A DNA stretch of 64,000 nucleotides from Sphingopyxis sp. (GCF_965279725.1 NZ_CBDIIL010000002.1:147804-211803), one strand, 5' to 3'. Shown: positions 38,284 through 47,570, numbered from the stretch's first letter. Program-made: numbers and translations. The notes: generated from the letters alone by a model not told the origin.

Positions 38284-40005
38284 ATGAAACGCAAATTATC
38301 CCGCTTTGGCGGCGCGGCCATGGCCGCAACGCTGCTGGTGCTCACCGCCTGCAACGCGTCGGACAACAAATCGACGGCGGCGCCGAGCACCGAAAGCTGG
38401 ACCGGGTTCCGCGACAATTTCCTCGCCGGCTATTTTCCGCTGAACCCGAATTTTGCGGTTTATCAAGGCAAGCACGAATTCGATGGACAGCTGCCCGACT
38501 GGTCGCCCGAGGGGATGGAGAAGCAGGCGGCCTATCTCGAAAAGGCCATCGTCGACGCGAAAGCCTTTGACGGCAAAATGACCGACGCCGAGAAATTCGA
38601 GCGCGATTATCTGGTACATGTGGCGCAGGGCCAGCTGTTCTTCCTGCGCGATACCGACTTTGCGCAAAAGAACCCGGCCTTCTACGTTGGCGCGCTCGAT
38701 CCCAATGTCTATATCGCGCGGCCTTATGCTGATGCGACGACGCGGATGAAGGCGTTTATTGCCTATGCTGAAAAAGTCCCTGCTGCCGCGGCGCAGATCA
38801 AGGCGAATTTGAAGCTGCCGCTGCCCGCGACTTTCGTGAAATATGGCACTGCGGGCTTTGGCGGCTTTGCCGATTATTACACGGGCGATGCCAAGGCGGC
38901 GTTTGCCGAGGTCAAGGACGCGGCGCTGCAAAAGCAGTTCGATGAAGCGGCGGCAAAGGCCGGCGCCGCGATGACCGATCTGGCAAAATACGTCGGATCG
39001 CAGCCGGGAACTGCCGATGGCTATGCGCTGGGCGCCGAAAAATTTTCCAAGATGATCCTGACCAATGAAGGCGTCGATACGCCGCTGGACGAGTTGGAGC
39101 GCATCGGCCAGGCCGACCTCAAGCGCAACCAGGACGCGCTGAAGGCCGCCTGCGCGACCTACGCCGTCGGCATGACGATCGCCGACTGCATGAAGAAGAT
39201 GAATTCGGACAAGCCCGCCGACGGTCCGGTCGCTGAGGCGCGGCGCCAGTTGCCAACGCTGCGCACCTTCCTGGTCGAAAAGGACATCGTAACGATCCCC
39301 GGCACCGAACAGGCGCAGGTCGAGGAATCGCCGCCGTATAACCGCCAGAACAGCGCCTATATCGACATCCCCGGGCCGTATGAAAAAGGCCTGCCGTCGG
39401 TCTATTACATCTCGCCGCCCGACCCGAGCTGGGACAAGCAGACGCAGGCCGATTTCGTGCCGGGCCGCAAGGATCTGATGTTCACGTCGGTCCACGAAGT
39501 GTGGCCGGGCCACTTCCTCAACTTCCTCCACGCCAACCGGGCGGAGAGCATCTTTGGCAAGCTGTTCGTCGGCTACGCCTTCGCCGAAGGGTGGGCGCAT
39601 TATACCGAGGAGATGATGTGGGATGCCGGGCTGGGCGAGGGCGATCCCGAAACCCATATCGGCCAGTTGTCTAACGCGCTGCTGCGCGATTGCCGCTATC
39701 TGTCGGCGATCGGACTGCACACCAAGGGCATGACCGTCGCCGACAGCGAAAAGCTGTTTAAGGAACAATGCTATCAGGACGAAGGCAATGCGCGGCAACA
39801 GGCGGCGCGCGGCACTTATGATCCCGCTTATCTGAACTACACGATGGGCAAGCTGATGATCCGCAAGCTGCGCGAGGATTGGACGAAAGGAGACAGGACG
39901 AAGTGGAAAGCCTTCCACGATGAATTCCTGTCATACGGCGGCCCGCCGATCCCGATGGTGCGCGCCGCAATGATGAAGGAAGACACGCCCAAGGCGGTCT
40001 TCTGA
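38284..40005 (+). CDS. DUF885-family lipoprotein (putative metallopeptidase)
   Basis: Lipobox LTAC, HEVWPGHFL, FAEGWAHYTE, YLNYTMGKLMI, FHDEFLSYGGPP. Confidence 0.88.
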   Translation: MKRKLSRFGGAAMAATLLVLTACNASDNKSTAAPSTESWTGFRDNFLAGYFPLNPNFAVYQGKHEFDGQLPDWSPEGMEKQAAYLEKAIVDAKAFDGKMTDAEKFERDYLVHVAQGQLFFLRDTDFAQKNPAFYVGALDPNVYIARPYADATTRMKAFIAYAEKVPAAAAQIKANLKLPLPATFVKYGTAGFGGFADYYTGDAKAAFAEVKDAALQKQFDEAAAKAGAAMTDLAKYVGSQPGTADGYALGAEKFSKMILTNEGVDTPLDELERIGQADLKRNQDALKAACATYAVGMTIADCMKKMNSDKPADGPVAEARRQLPTLRTFLVEKDIVTIPGTEQAQVEESPPYNRQNSAYIDIPGPYEKGLPSVYYISPPDPSWDKQTQADFVPGRKDLMFTSVHEVWPGHFLNFLHANRAESIFGKLFVGYAFAEGWAHYTEEMMWDAGLGEGDPETHIGQLSNALLRDCRYLSAIGLHTKGMTVADSEKLFKEQCYQDEGNARQQAARGTYDPAYLNYTMGKLMIRKLREDWTKGDRTKWKAFHDEFLSYGGPPIPMVRAAMMKEDTPKAVF

Positions 40006-40033
40006 GGTCGGGCTGGCGAATCGACCGATGGAC

Positions 40034-40063
40034 GGCTAGCTTCCTCGCAAGAGGGGGCTAGCC
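40034..40063 (+). promoter_or_regulatory. 13-bp stem-loop with GCAA tetraloop covering the Shine-Dalgarno of the TIR gene
   Basis: GGCTAGCTTCCTC-GCAA-GAGGGGGCTAGCC: all 13 positions pair (two G.U). Ends 1 nt before ATG 40065. No U tract follows. Confidence 0.65.
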
Positions 40064-40064
40064 G

Positions 40065-41246
40065 ATGGTCGATGTGTTCATTTCCTATTCGCGCGACAAC
40101 AAGGCGCGGGTGGCGGACATCGCCAAGGCGGTCGCCGCAGCGGGTTATGACGTGTGGTGGGATGCCGAACTACCACCGCATCGTTCCTATGGCGACGTCA
40201 TCACTGAAAAAATTGGCAGCGCCAAGGCAGCGATCGTCGTCTGGTCGCATGCGTCGGTGCAATCCGAATGGGTGCGCGCCGAGGCCGATGTAGCGCGTAA
40301 CCAGAAAAAACTGGTCCAGACGGCGATCGACGATGTGATGCCGCCGCTGCCGTTCAACCAGATCCAGTTCGCTGACCTGCGCGACTGGAACGGTGATCCC
40401 GCTGATGGCAGTTGGCGCAAAGTGTTGATGAGCCTGGAGGAACTGTGCGGGCGCGAAGCCGTCGCGCCGCCGCCGCCCATGCCAACCGCCGCGCCCGAAA
40501 CGACGACGCCTTCGACCGATCGGCAGGTTGCCCCGGCGCCGCCAAAATCCTCGTCCACCGCTCTGAAGCTGGCCTGGGCGCTTGTCGGTGTCGCTGTGAT
40601 CGCGATCGGCTTGCTCGCATGGAAACTGCTGCAGCCCGCAGCCGAGCCGGCTCGAACGATGCCGGAAACGATTGCCGCGTCGAGCGAGAAAGGCGTGGCA
40701 GCAACCCCCGGAGTAGCAACTGACGGTCCGGCTGAGGCTTTCACGCTGGCAGCCGTCATCGAAGACCCTGATGGCTTCACCAATATCCGATCAGGTGCAA
40801 GCACGCAGGCGGCGATCGTCGGCAAGGTGCTCGAGGGCGAGAAGTTCCTGACGTACAAGCAGCGCGGTCCATGGTGGCGCGTCCGGAAGGCCGACGGCAC
40901 CACGGGTTTCATGTTCCGCAAATATATCCGATTGGTCGAGGGCGGTGTCGCCACGTCATCCGCACCGCCGATGCCGACCGGGGTCGGGGGCAGCGGAGTG
41001 GTCATTCCCGATTCATCCGACCGAGCACTAACCGCAGACGAGCTGGGCAATTATAGCGCGTTGGAGCTGCGCATTGCGCGAAACGAAATCTTCGCGCGGC
41101 GCGGTTTGCGGTTCAAAGACCCGGCGCTCAGCGCCCATTTTACGCAGTTCAGCTGGTATCGACCGACGACCAAAAATGTATCGCTGTCGCCGACCGAACA
41201 GGCCAATGTCGACTTGCTCCAATCGGCTGAAACTGCGGCGCGATGA
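40065..41246 (+). CDS. TIR domain - TM - bacterial SH3 - YARHG domain protein
   Basis: VFISYS, WWD, SEWVRAE (WxxxE, E73); Pro-rich linker; TM LAWALVGVAVIAIGLLAW; SH3b-like DPDGFTNIRSG...WWRV...GTTGFM; YARHG-like LRIARNEIFARRG. Confidence 0.8.
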   Translation: MVDVFISYSRDNKARVADIAKAVAAAGYDVWWDAELPPHRSYGDVITEKIGSAKAAIVVWSHASVQSEWVRAEADVARNQKKLVQTAIDDVMPPLPFNQIQFADLRDWNGDPADGSWRKVLMSLEELCGREAVAPPPPMPTAAPETTTPSTDRQVAPAPPKSSSTALKLAWALVGVAVIAIGLLAWKLLQPAAEPARTMPETIAASSEKGVAATPGVATDGPAEAFTLAAVIEDPDGFTNIRSGASTQAAIVGKVLEGEKFLTYKQRGPWWRVRKADGTTGFMFRKYIRLVEGGVATSSAPPMPTGVGGSGVVIPDSSDRALTADELGNYSALELRIARNEIFARRGLRFKDPALSAHFTQFSWYRPTTKNVSLSPTEQANVDLLQSAETAAR

Positions 41247-43012
41247 CGGACTGCGCCGCCTGCGAGGCGGAAGTCACCCACCGCTTGGGTCAGGGCGATG
41301 CGCTCAGCGCATTCGATTGTGCGGTAGCCGCGCGGCGTGCGGGACAAGACAGCCCGCGCCTTTGTTACCTGATGGTCCGCGCGCTCGCTGCATCGGGAGA
41401 TAGCCTGGGCGCAATGCATCTTTACGAACAGCTTCAGCTGGGCACGTCCGACGACATCGACAGCCTCGCGCTTGCCGGGCGTATCTGGAAGGATGCAGCG
41501 TTCGATCATGATGGTGATCGGCGGACAGATTCGCTTCGAAAGGCAGCGCGCGCCTATGACCGCGCGTGGCAGCTTTCGGGCGCCCTGTTTCCGGCCATCA
41601 ATGCGGCCAGTCTTTATGCGATGCTCGGCGAACGCGAGCGGGCGGCGGCGTTGGCGGGACCGATCGCCGCGAATGGGGCTGCAGAGGATTACTGGGATCA
41701 GGCGACACTGGCCGAGGCCTTGCTGTTGCTCGGCCGCGGCGAGGATGCACTGCGCCACGCGCGATCGGCCAATGATCAGGCGGGAACGCGCGCCGGCGAC
41801 CGCGCGTCGACCTGCCGCCAGCTGTCGCGGCTTGCCGCCTGCGGTGCGATCGACGCGGCAAATGCCACCGCGATTTGCGATTTGCTGCGGCCGCCGCCGG
41901 TGGGTGTCTTTTGCGGGCGCATGTTCCGTGCCGGCGGCGTGGGCGAGGCGAACGCACGGTCGGCGATTGCCGCAGCGCTCGATGCCGAGCCGCTGTCGGC
42001 GCTGATCGGCCCGCTCGCGTGCGGCGCCGACATCCTCTTCGCCGAAGCGGCGCTGGCGCGTGGGATCGACCTTACGATCATATTGCCCTTTGCCGAAGAC
42101 GACTTCATCGCCCAGTCCGTCGTATCGGGCGGCGAACAATGGCTGCCGCGTTATGTGCATTGCCGCGACCATGCGGCGACGGTCCATTTTGCCAGCAGCG
42201 CGCGTTACGTCAGCGACGACTGTCAATTTGTGCTGGGCTCGCACACCGCGATGGGGCTTGCCAAACTCCGCGCGCACGAGTTGGAAACTGCGGCGATCCA
42301 GTTGGCGGTGGTCGATCCCGAGGTGGCTGCTCGGCCCGCCGCGTTGATTGCGGGGACGAATGCCGACATCGCGCTGTGGCAGCGGCATGGCGGATCGACA
42401 CGGACAATTCCGGTCGGCGATCTCGACCGCAATCTTGACTTCCTGCCCGCTCCAAAGCCGCCCGAAGGAACGCAGCGCGGGCTTTACGCGATCCTGTTCG
42501 CCGACTTTGCGGGCTTTTCGAAACTGGGCGAAGCCGAACTTCCGATTTTTGCCAGCGAAGTGATGGGCAGAATCGGGGGCATCCTCGACGATTTTGGCGA
42601 CGCCGTGCTGTTTCGCAACACGTGGGGCGACGCGGTTTATGCGATCATCGACGACCCTGCGACGGCGGCGCGGATTGCGCTTGCGATACAGGAGAGGCTG
42701 GATGTGCTTCCGCCGGGACTGGGCCTCGACGGACACCGGGCGGGGATGCGAACCGGCATCCATTTCGGCCCGATCTATCGCGGCCAAGACCCCGTCGTCG
42801 GCAACGAGCTATGGTACGGCACCGAGGTGACCCGCACCGCAAGGATCGAGCCGGTGACGCTGGTCGGACAGGTGTATTGCACCCAGCCGCTCGCGGCGAT
42901 GCTGGCGCTCGGCAACGCGCGCGATTTCGATTGCGACTATGTCGGCAAGGTGCAACTCGCCAAGGATTATGGCGAGCTGGCCCTATACCGCCTGTCGCGT
43001 CGGTCAGTCTGA
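41243..43012 (+). CDS. TPR - SLOG-like - class III nucleotide cyclase protein
   Basis: TPR-like helices (LAGRIWKD, FPAINAASL, DYWDQATLAEA); GPLACGADILFAE...IILPF (DprA/SLOG-like); cyclase ILFADFAGFS, TWGDA, RTGIHFGP, ARIE. ATGA overlap with the TIR gene. Confidence 0.78.
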   Translation: MTDCAACEAEVTHRLGQGDALSAFDCAVAARRAGQDSPRLCYLMVRALAASGDSLGAMHLYEQLQLGTSDDIDSLALAGRIWKDAAFDHDGDRRTDSLRKAARAYDRAWQLSGALFPAINAASLYAMLGERERAAALAGPIAANGAAEDYWDQATLAEALLLLGRGEDALRHARSANDQAGTRAGDRASTCRQLSRLAACGAIDAANATAICDLLRPPPVGVFCGRMFRAGGVGEANARSAIAAALDAEPLSALIGPLACGADILFAEAALARGIDLTIILPFAEDDFIAQSVVSGGEQWLPRYVHCRDHAATVHFASSARYVSDDCQFVLGSHTAMGLAKLRAHELETAAIQLAVVDPEVAARPAALIAGTNADIALWQRHGGSTRTIPVGDLDRNLDFLPAPKPPEGTQRGLYAILFADFAGFSKLGEAELPIFASEVMGRIGGILDDFGDAVLFRNTWGDAVYAIIDDPATAARIALAIQERLDVLPPGLGLDGHRAGMRTGIHFGPIYRGQDPVVGNELWYGTEVTRTARIEPVTLVGQVYCTQPLAAMLALGNARDFDCDYVGKVQLAKDYGELALYRLSRRSV

Positions 43013-44305
43013 CGGCGCGCGCAGTCGCGCGACGAAAAAGCCGTCGAGACCGCCCACATCGTTCAGAACACCGGGAAGCGTGCGGACGAAACCGTTCGCA
43101 TCGGGCGCAATGGCGTCGGGCAGCTCGTCCGCGCGCACGGCGTCGATGAGCCACGCCGGATGGCGTTCGAGGAAAGTTGCGACCTGATCCTCACCCTCGC
43201 TCGGTTCGAGCGAACAGGTGGCGTAGATCAAAGTACCGCCGGGTTTGACCCAGCGCGCCGCGCGCGCGAGCAAGTCGGTTTGCAGCGCTGCCATCTCGTC
43301 GATCTGGCGCGGTTCGATGCGGTGCAACACGTCGGGATGACGGCGGAAGATGCCGGTCGCCGAACAGGGGGCGTCGAGCAGTACCGCGTCGGCGGGCGCG
43401 GCGGGCGCCCACGACCGGATGTCGGCTTGAACGATATCGGCGGCGAGCCCGGTGCGGGCGATATTGGCGCTGAGCCGTTCGAGACGCTTGGCGCTGGAAT
43501 CGACCGCGACGACCTTCCATCCGGCGGCCGCGAGTTGCATCGTCTTGCCGCCGGGTGCCGCGCACAGATCGAGGACGGTGCGAGCGTCGCCCGAACCAAG
43601 CAAACGCGCCGGCAGGGTCGCCGCCAGATCCTGGATCCACCAGCCACCTTCGGCGAATCCGGGCATCGCCTCGACCGCCTGCCCGCGCGGCAGACGGCGA
43701 TGCCGCGGCGCCAGCGATAGGGCTTCCGGCCATTCTTCCGGCCCCGGTTCTGCGGCAAAGCTCAGATCGATGGGCGGCGGCGTGCTCCATGCGGATTCCG
43801 CCGCTTCGACCGTCGCCAAACTCCATAGCTCGGCCCATCGCTCGGCGGTGGGGAGGGGAAGGGTCGCGCGGTCGGGAAGCTGCCACGCATCTTGCTGGGC
43901 GCGCGACAGGATCGCGTGGACCAATCGCCGAGGTCCGCCTGCGACGAGGGGCAGGGCGGTCGCCACCACCGCGTGACCGGGACTTTTGAGCACGAGCAGT
44001 TGCGCCAGGGCGATCCGCAGGACGGCGCGCGATTTGACATCGTCGGGCAGGATCTGCGCCGTCGCGCTATCGATCAGCGCGTCGATGTCGACCATCCAGC
44101 GCAATGTTTCCGAAGCGATGGCCACCGCAAAGGCGCGGTCGGCGCCGGTCAGCCCTTGCGCGGCAGCGTGCATCGCGATGTCGAGCGGATCGCCCCGGCG
44201 CAGGACTGCATCGACCAGGCGCAGCGCCGCCCGGCGCGGTGCGGTGCCCGCCGGATCGGCTTCACCCTGCGACCGTTGTTTGGGGCGACGCGGGCGATCA
44301 ACCAT
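43004..44305 (-). CDS. rsmB: RsmB/NOP-family RNA m5C methyltransferase
   Basis: WIQDLAA, LDLCAAPGGKT, LLDAPCSATG, YATCSLEPSEG, DGFFVARL. Confidence 0.88.
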   Translation of the reverse strand: MVDRPRRPKQRSQGEADPAGTAPRRAALRLVDAVLRRGDPLDIAMHAAAQGLTGADRAFAVAIASETLRWMVDIDALIDSATAQILPDDVKSRAVLRIALAQLLVLKSPGHAVVATALPLVAGGPRRLVHAILSRAQQDAWQLPDRATLPLPTAERWAELWSLATVEAAESAWSTPPPIDLSFAAEPGPEEWPEALSLAPRHRRLPRGQAVEAMPGFAEGGWWIQDLAATLPARLLGSGDARTVLDLCAAPGGKTMQLAAAGWKVVAVDSSAKRLERLSANIARTGLAADIVQADIRSWAPAAPADAVLLDAPCSATGIFRRHPDVLHRIEPRQIDEMAALQTDLLARAARWVKPGGTLIYATCSLEPSEGEDQVATFLERHPAWLIDAVRADELPDAIAPDANGFVRTLPGVLNDVGGLDGFFVARLRAPSD

Positions 44306-44357
44306 GTTGATCGGCGAGGTTGGCGTGACGCATGAAAAATCCTATAGCAGCCGCGTT

Positions 44358-44567
44358 ATGACCCAACGCAGCAAAACGGAAACCATCGGCGGCACGCCGC
44401 GCGCAGTGCGGCGTCCGGCGCATGTCAAGGCGCCCGCCGACTGGATCAACAGCCCGGTACCACCCCCCGAGCCGATCCGCGAGGAAAACGCCGCCGATCA
44501 GCCGGGCGGCCGTAACCCGGTGCGATATGGCGACTGGGAACTCAAGGGCATTGCTGTCGATTTTTGA
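44358..44567 (+). CDS. DUF1674 (SDHAF4-like) small protein
   Basis: C-terminal GGRNPVRYGDWELKGIAVDF signature. Start set at ATG 44358. Confidence 0.85.
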   Translation: MTQRSKTETIGGTPRAVRRPAHVKAPADWINSPVPPPEPIREENAADQPGGRNPVRYGDWELKGIAVDF

Positions 44568-44587
44568 AGGCGTCGCAAACCCCGATG

Positions 44588-45142
44588 TCAAAAGGGGTTC
44601 ATCCGTCCGATCAGGCCGGTCCGATCAACAAACTGATGCTTCAGCGCCGCCAGGATATGAATCGCGGCAAGTCCCAGCATCGCCAGACCGAGCATTTCGT
44701 GCCGGTCGTGCATGACATCGGCCAGGCCTTCGTTCGGCGCGACGATGACCGGAACCGTGAACAGGCCGAAAAAATCGATCGGCCGATCCGCCGCCGACAT
44801 CCACACCCAACCCGACAGCGGCAGCAGGATCAGCAGCACATAAAAGAGAATGTGCACGATCTTGCTGAGCGGTCGTTGCCAGAGTGGGGTCGCGGCGGGC
44901 AAGGGCGGCGGCCTGTGACCAAGTCGCCACAGAATGCGCAATATGGTCAGGCCCAATATGGTGATGCCCATTGCCTTGTGAACAGCCATCGCCGCGAGAT
45001 GCGTCTCGCGTGGCATATCCTCGGTCAGCATGGCCAACCCAATGTTCGCGATGACCGCCAACCCGATCAGCCAGTGGAGCCAGATGGCCACCTTGGTATA
45101 ACGCACACTGTCGGTGCTCGCCATGATGGCCATCGGTGTCAT
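44588..45142 (-). CDS. Cytochrome b561 (YceJ/YodB-like)
   Basis: RYTKVAIWLHWL, VHKAMG, VHILFY, HILAALKHQFVDR; four TM segments with heme His residues. Confidence 0.88.
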   Translation of the reverse strand: MTPMAIMASTDSVRYTKVAIWLHWLIGLAVIANIGLAMLTEDMPRETHLAAMAVHKAMGITILGLTILRILWRLGHRPPPLPAATPLWQRPLSKIVHILFYVLLILLPLSGWVWMSAADRPIDFFGLFTVPVIVAPNEGLADVMHDRHEMLGLAMLGLAAIHILAALKHQFVDRTGLIGRMNPF

Positions 45143-45147
45143 GCTCC

Positions 45148-45927
45148 TTAGGTCGCAGGAACTTCCTGAAGTTCCGGCACCTTGCCAGCTTTCACTTGTT
45201 CGGCAAAGACTTCGCGCATCAGCTGCAGCGAGAAAAGATGCGCGAAGACCAGAGCGAGGACGCCGTTCTGCATCAACTTGCGCAGCACGTCGCCGCGCAG
45301 CTCGCGCAGCTTGGCCTCGTCGACCATCTGAAAGCCGCGATAGATATAGGGATTGTCGTTGCCTTCCTGCTGGATGCTGACTTCGCCTTCCATCAGCAGG
45401 TCGGCCTTTTTCAATTCGTCGATAAACAGGCTGGTGCGCTGGCCTGCTTCTTCGAAATTCTTGCAGAACTCGAGAACCGCCTGAACCGAGCCGGTAGGCT
45501 GGCCGTCTTCAAACAGTGCATCGCCCTCGTCGAATTTCCCGATCGCGCCCGAGGTGGGGTCGAAGCACAGCGACAATTCATCCGAATCCTGCTGAAGCCG
45601 TGCCAGCAGGAACGGATAGCGGCGGACATAGGCCGGGACATAGACCGGATTGATCAGCTTGCCTTCGTCATCGACGAAGGTGTTCACGCCTTCGTTGAGG
45701 CCCATCAGCGCCAACGGCACCGGGTTATCGCCAGCCGAAAAAACGATCGGATAATGACGGCACGCCGATACGAATTCGTCCGACGTCAGCGGAATGGCGT
45801 GCTGATTGATCAGGAAATCGGCCTTGTCCAGCGGACGCGCGCGGAAATCGGCATGCTCGACGCTCGAAAGCGGAACGAGATCCTTATAGAACAACGGCAG
45901 GTTGGCAGGGGCGGGCGCAGTGGCCAT
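45148..45927 (-). CDS. SapC-family protein
   Basis: HYPIVF, ALMGL, YVPAYVRRYPF, GFQMVDEAKL, LVFAHLFSL. Confidence 0.85.
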   Translation of the reverse strand: MATAPAPANLPLFYKDLVPLSSVEHADFRARPLDKADFLINQHAIPLTSDEFVSACRHYPIVFSAGDNPVPLALMGLNEGVNTFVDDEGKLINPVYVPAYVRRYPFLLARLQQDSDELSLCFDPTSGAIGKFDEGDALFEDGQPTGSVQAVLEFCKNFEEAGQRTSLFIDELKKADLLMEGEVSIQQEGNDNPYIYRGFQMVDEAKLRELRGDVLRKLMQNGVLALVFAHLFSLQLMREVFAEQVKAGKVPELQEVPAT

Positions 45928-46040
45928 GATAAAACTCCGGTAGGGTGTCCCGACCAGCCGGGACGTAAAAGATAACAGCGCGCCTTATTGACCTGCGCCC
46001 CGCCGCGCAAGGGGGGCGATGGCACAGGGCAAGCGAAGCG

Positions 46041-47465
46041 TCAGCCGATCAGCTTGCCGGGGTTGAAGATGCCCGCGGGATCGAGACCCGCCTTGATACC
46101 GCGCAGCGCCGTCAGTCGCGCCGGACTGTCAAGTTCGGCCATGATGTCGCGTTTCATCTGGCCGATGCCATGCTCGGCCGAAATCGAGCCGCCCAGTTCG
46201 ATGACATGCGAATAGACCAGCCGACTGACCGCGGCGCCATGCAGCGCCAGCCAGGCGGCACCATCGATGCCGCTTGGCGGCTGGACATGATGATGGACAT
46301 TGCCATCGCCCAAATGCCCGAACGACAGCGCGCGGACCCCCGGGAATGCCTTTTCCAACCGAGCCGGGTTATCGGCGATGAAGGTCGGCATCAGGTCGAC
46401 GGGAACGCTGACATCATGTTGTAACGCCGGTCCTTCGGCGCGCTCGGCCTCTGAAATGGAATCGCGCAGGCGCCAGAAATCTTCACTCTCGCGATCGTTT
46501 TTCGCGATCACGACGTCGCGGATCAGTCCCGCTTCGAGCGCGGCGCCGAGTTCGCGTTCCAGCGCATCGCCCAGGTCCGGATCGTTCTCGCCCGCCAGTT
46601 CGGCGAGCACATACCAGGGATGCACCGCCGTGATGGGGGCGCGCGTTTGCGGGATATGCCGCAGCACGGCGTCAAGGCAGCCGTGCGGCACGATCTCGAA
46701 CCCCTCGAGCTCCGGCCCGATACGGGCGTCGAGCTGGCGAAGCAGCCGCAGCGCGCGTTCGGGCGAATCGATGGCGATCCAGGCGGTGCGCCGTGCCGCG
46801 GCGGCGCGAACGAGATGCAGGCTGGCGGCGGTGACGATGCCCAGCGTCCCCTCCGCTCCGCACAACAGATGTCGCAGGTCATAGCCGCGATTGTCCTTCT
46901 TGAGCGGCGCGAGGCCGTCGAAGATGCTGCCGTCGGGGAGCACCGCCTCGATCCCCGCAACCAGCGCGCGCATCGTGCCGTGGCGCAGCACCTGGGTGCC
47001 GCCGGCGTTAGTGGAAAAGAGACCGCCGATCGTCGCCGACCCCTTGCCGCCCAGCGTCAGCGGGAACCGAAGCCCGTGGGCGAGGACGTCATGATGAAAA
47101 GTTTCGAGGATGACACCCGCCTCGGCAATCGCGACGCGCGCAGCGGTATCGATCCCGCGTACCCGGTTCATGCGGCGCAGGCTGAGCAAAAGCTGGTTGC
47201 CTCCCGCGTCGGGGGTCGCGCCGCCGACCATGCCGCTGTTGCCGCCCTGCGGCACCAGCGCCACTTCTGCCGCAGCGCACAGGCGGACGACCGCGGCGAC
47301 CTCTTCGGTCGAACGAGGCGACAACATCGCGGCCGCGCGCCCGGTGTATTTACCGCGCCAGTCGGTCAGCCATGGCGCCATCGTATCGGCGTCGATGGTG
47401 AACCCCTTTGGCCCCAGCAACCCAGCCAGCTGATCGAGAAAAGGCTTCGATGGCGCCCGGGTCAT
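46041..47465 (-). CDS. FAD-linked oxidoreductase (D-2-hydroxyacid dehydrogenase / GlcD family)
   Basis: PQGGNSGMVGG, TIGG..STNAGG, GAEGTLGIVT, FGHLGDGNVH, ISAEHGIG, NPGK. Confidence 0.9.
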   Translation of the reverse strand: MTRAPSKPFLDQLAGLLGPKGFTIDADTMAPWLTDWRGKYTGRAAAMLSPRSTEEVAAVVRLCAAAEVALVPQGGNSGMVGGATPDAGGNQLLLSLRRMNRVRGIDTAARVAIAEAGVILETFHHDVLAHGLRFPLTLGGKGSATIGGLFSTNAGGTQVLRHGTMRALVAGIEAVLPDGSIFDGLAPLKKDNRGYDLRHLLCGAEGTLGIVTAASLHLVRAAAARRTAWIAIDSPERALRLLRQLDARIGPELEGFEIVPHGCLDAVLRHIPQTRAPITAVHPWYVLAELAGENDPDLGDALERELGAALEAGLIRDVVIAKNDRESEDFWRLRDSISEAERAEGPALQHDVSVPVDLMPTFIADNPARLEKAFPGVRALSFGHLGDGNVHHHVQPPSGIDGAAWLALHGAAVSRLVYSHVIELGGSISAEHGIGQMKRDIMAELDSPARLTALRGIKAGLDPAGIFNPGKLIG

Positions 47466-47570
47466 GCGACATAACTCGGTATTGCTGCGGCAAGGGGGCG
47501 ATAATAGTTCATTTGATGTTCAATCATGGCTGTTAAAGCGAGCGTAGGATGAATATCAGGTTTTCGTCCA

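Noticed and set aside
38296-39918. 540-aa minus-strand ORF
   Set aside because: Antisense shadow of the DUF885 gene.
41051-42787. 578-aa minus-strand ORF over the TIR/cyclase genes
   Set aside because: No domain motifs; it lies antisense to well-formed genes, so it is not counted as a third component.
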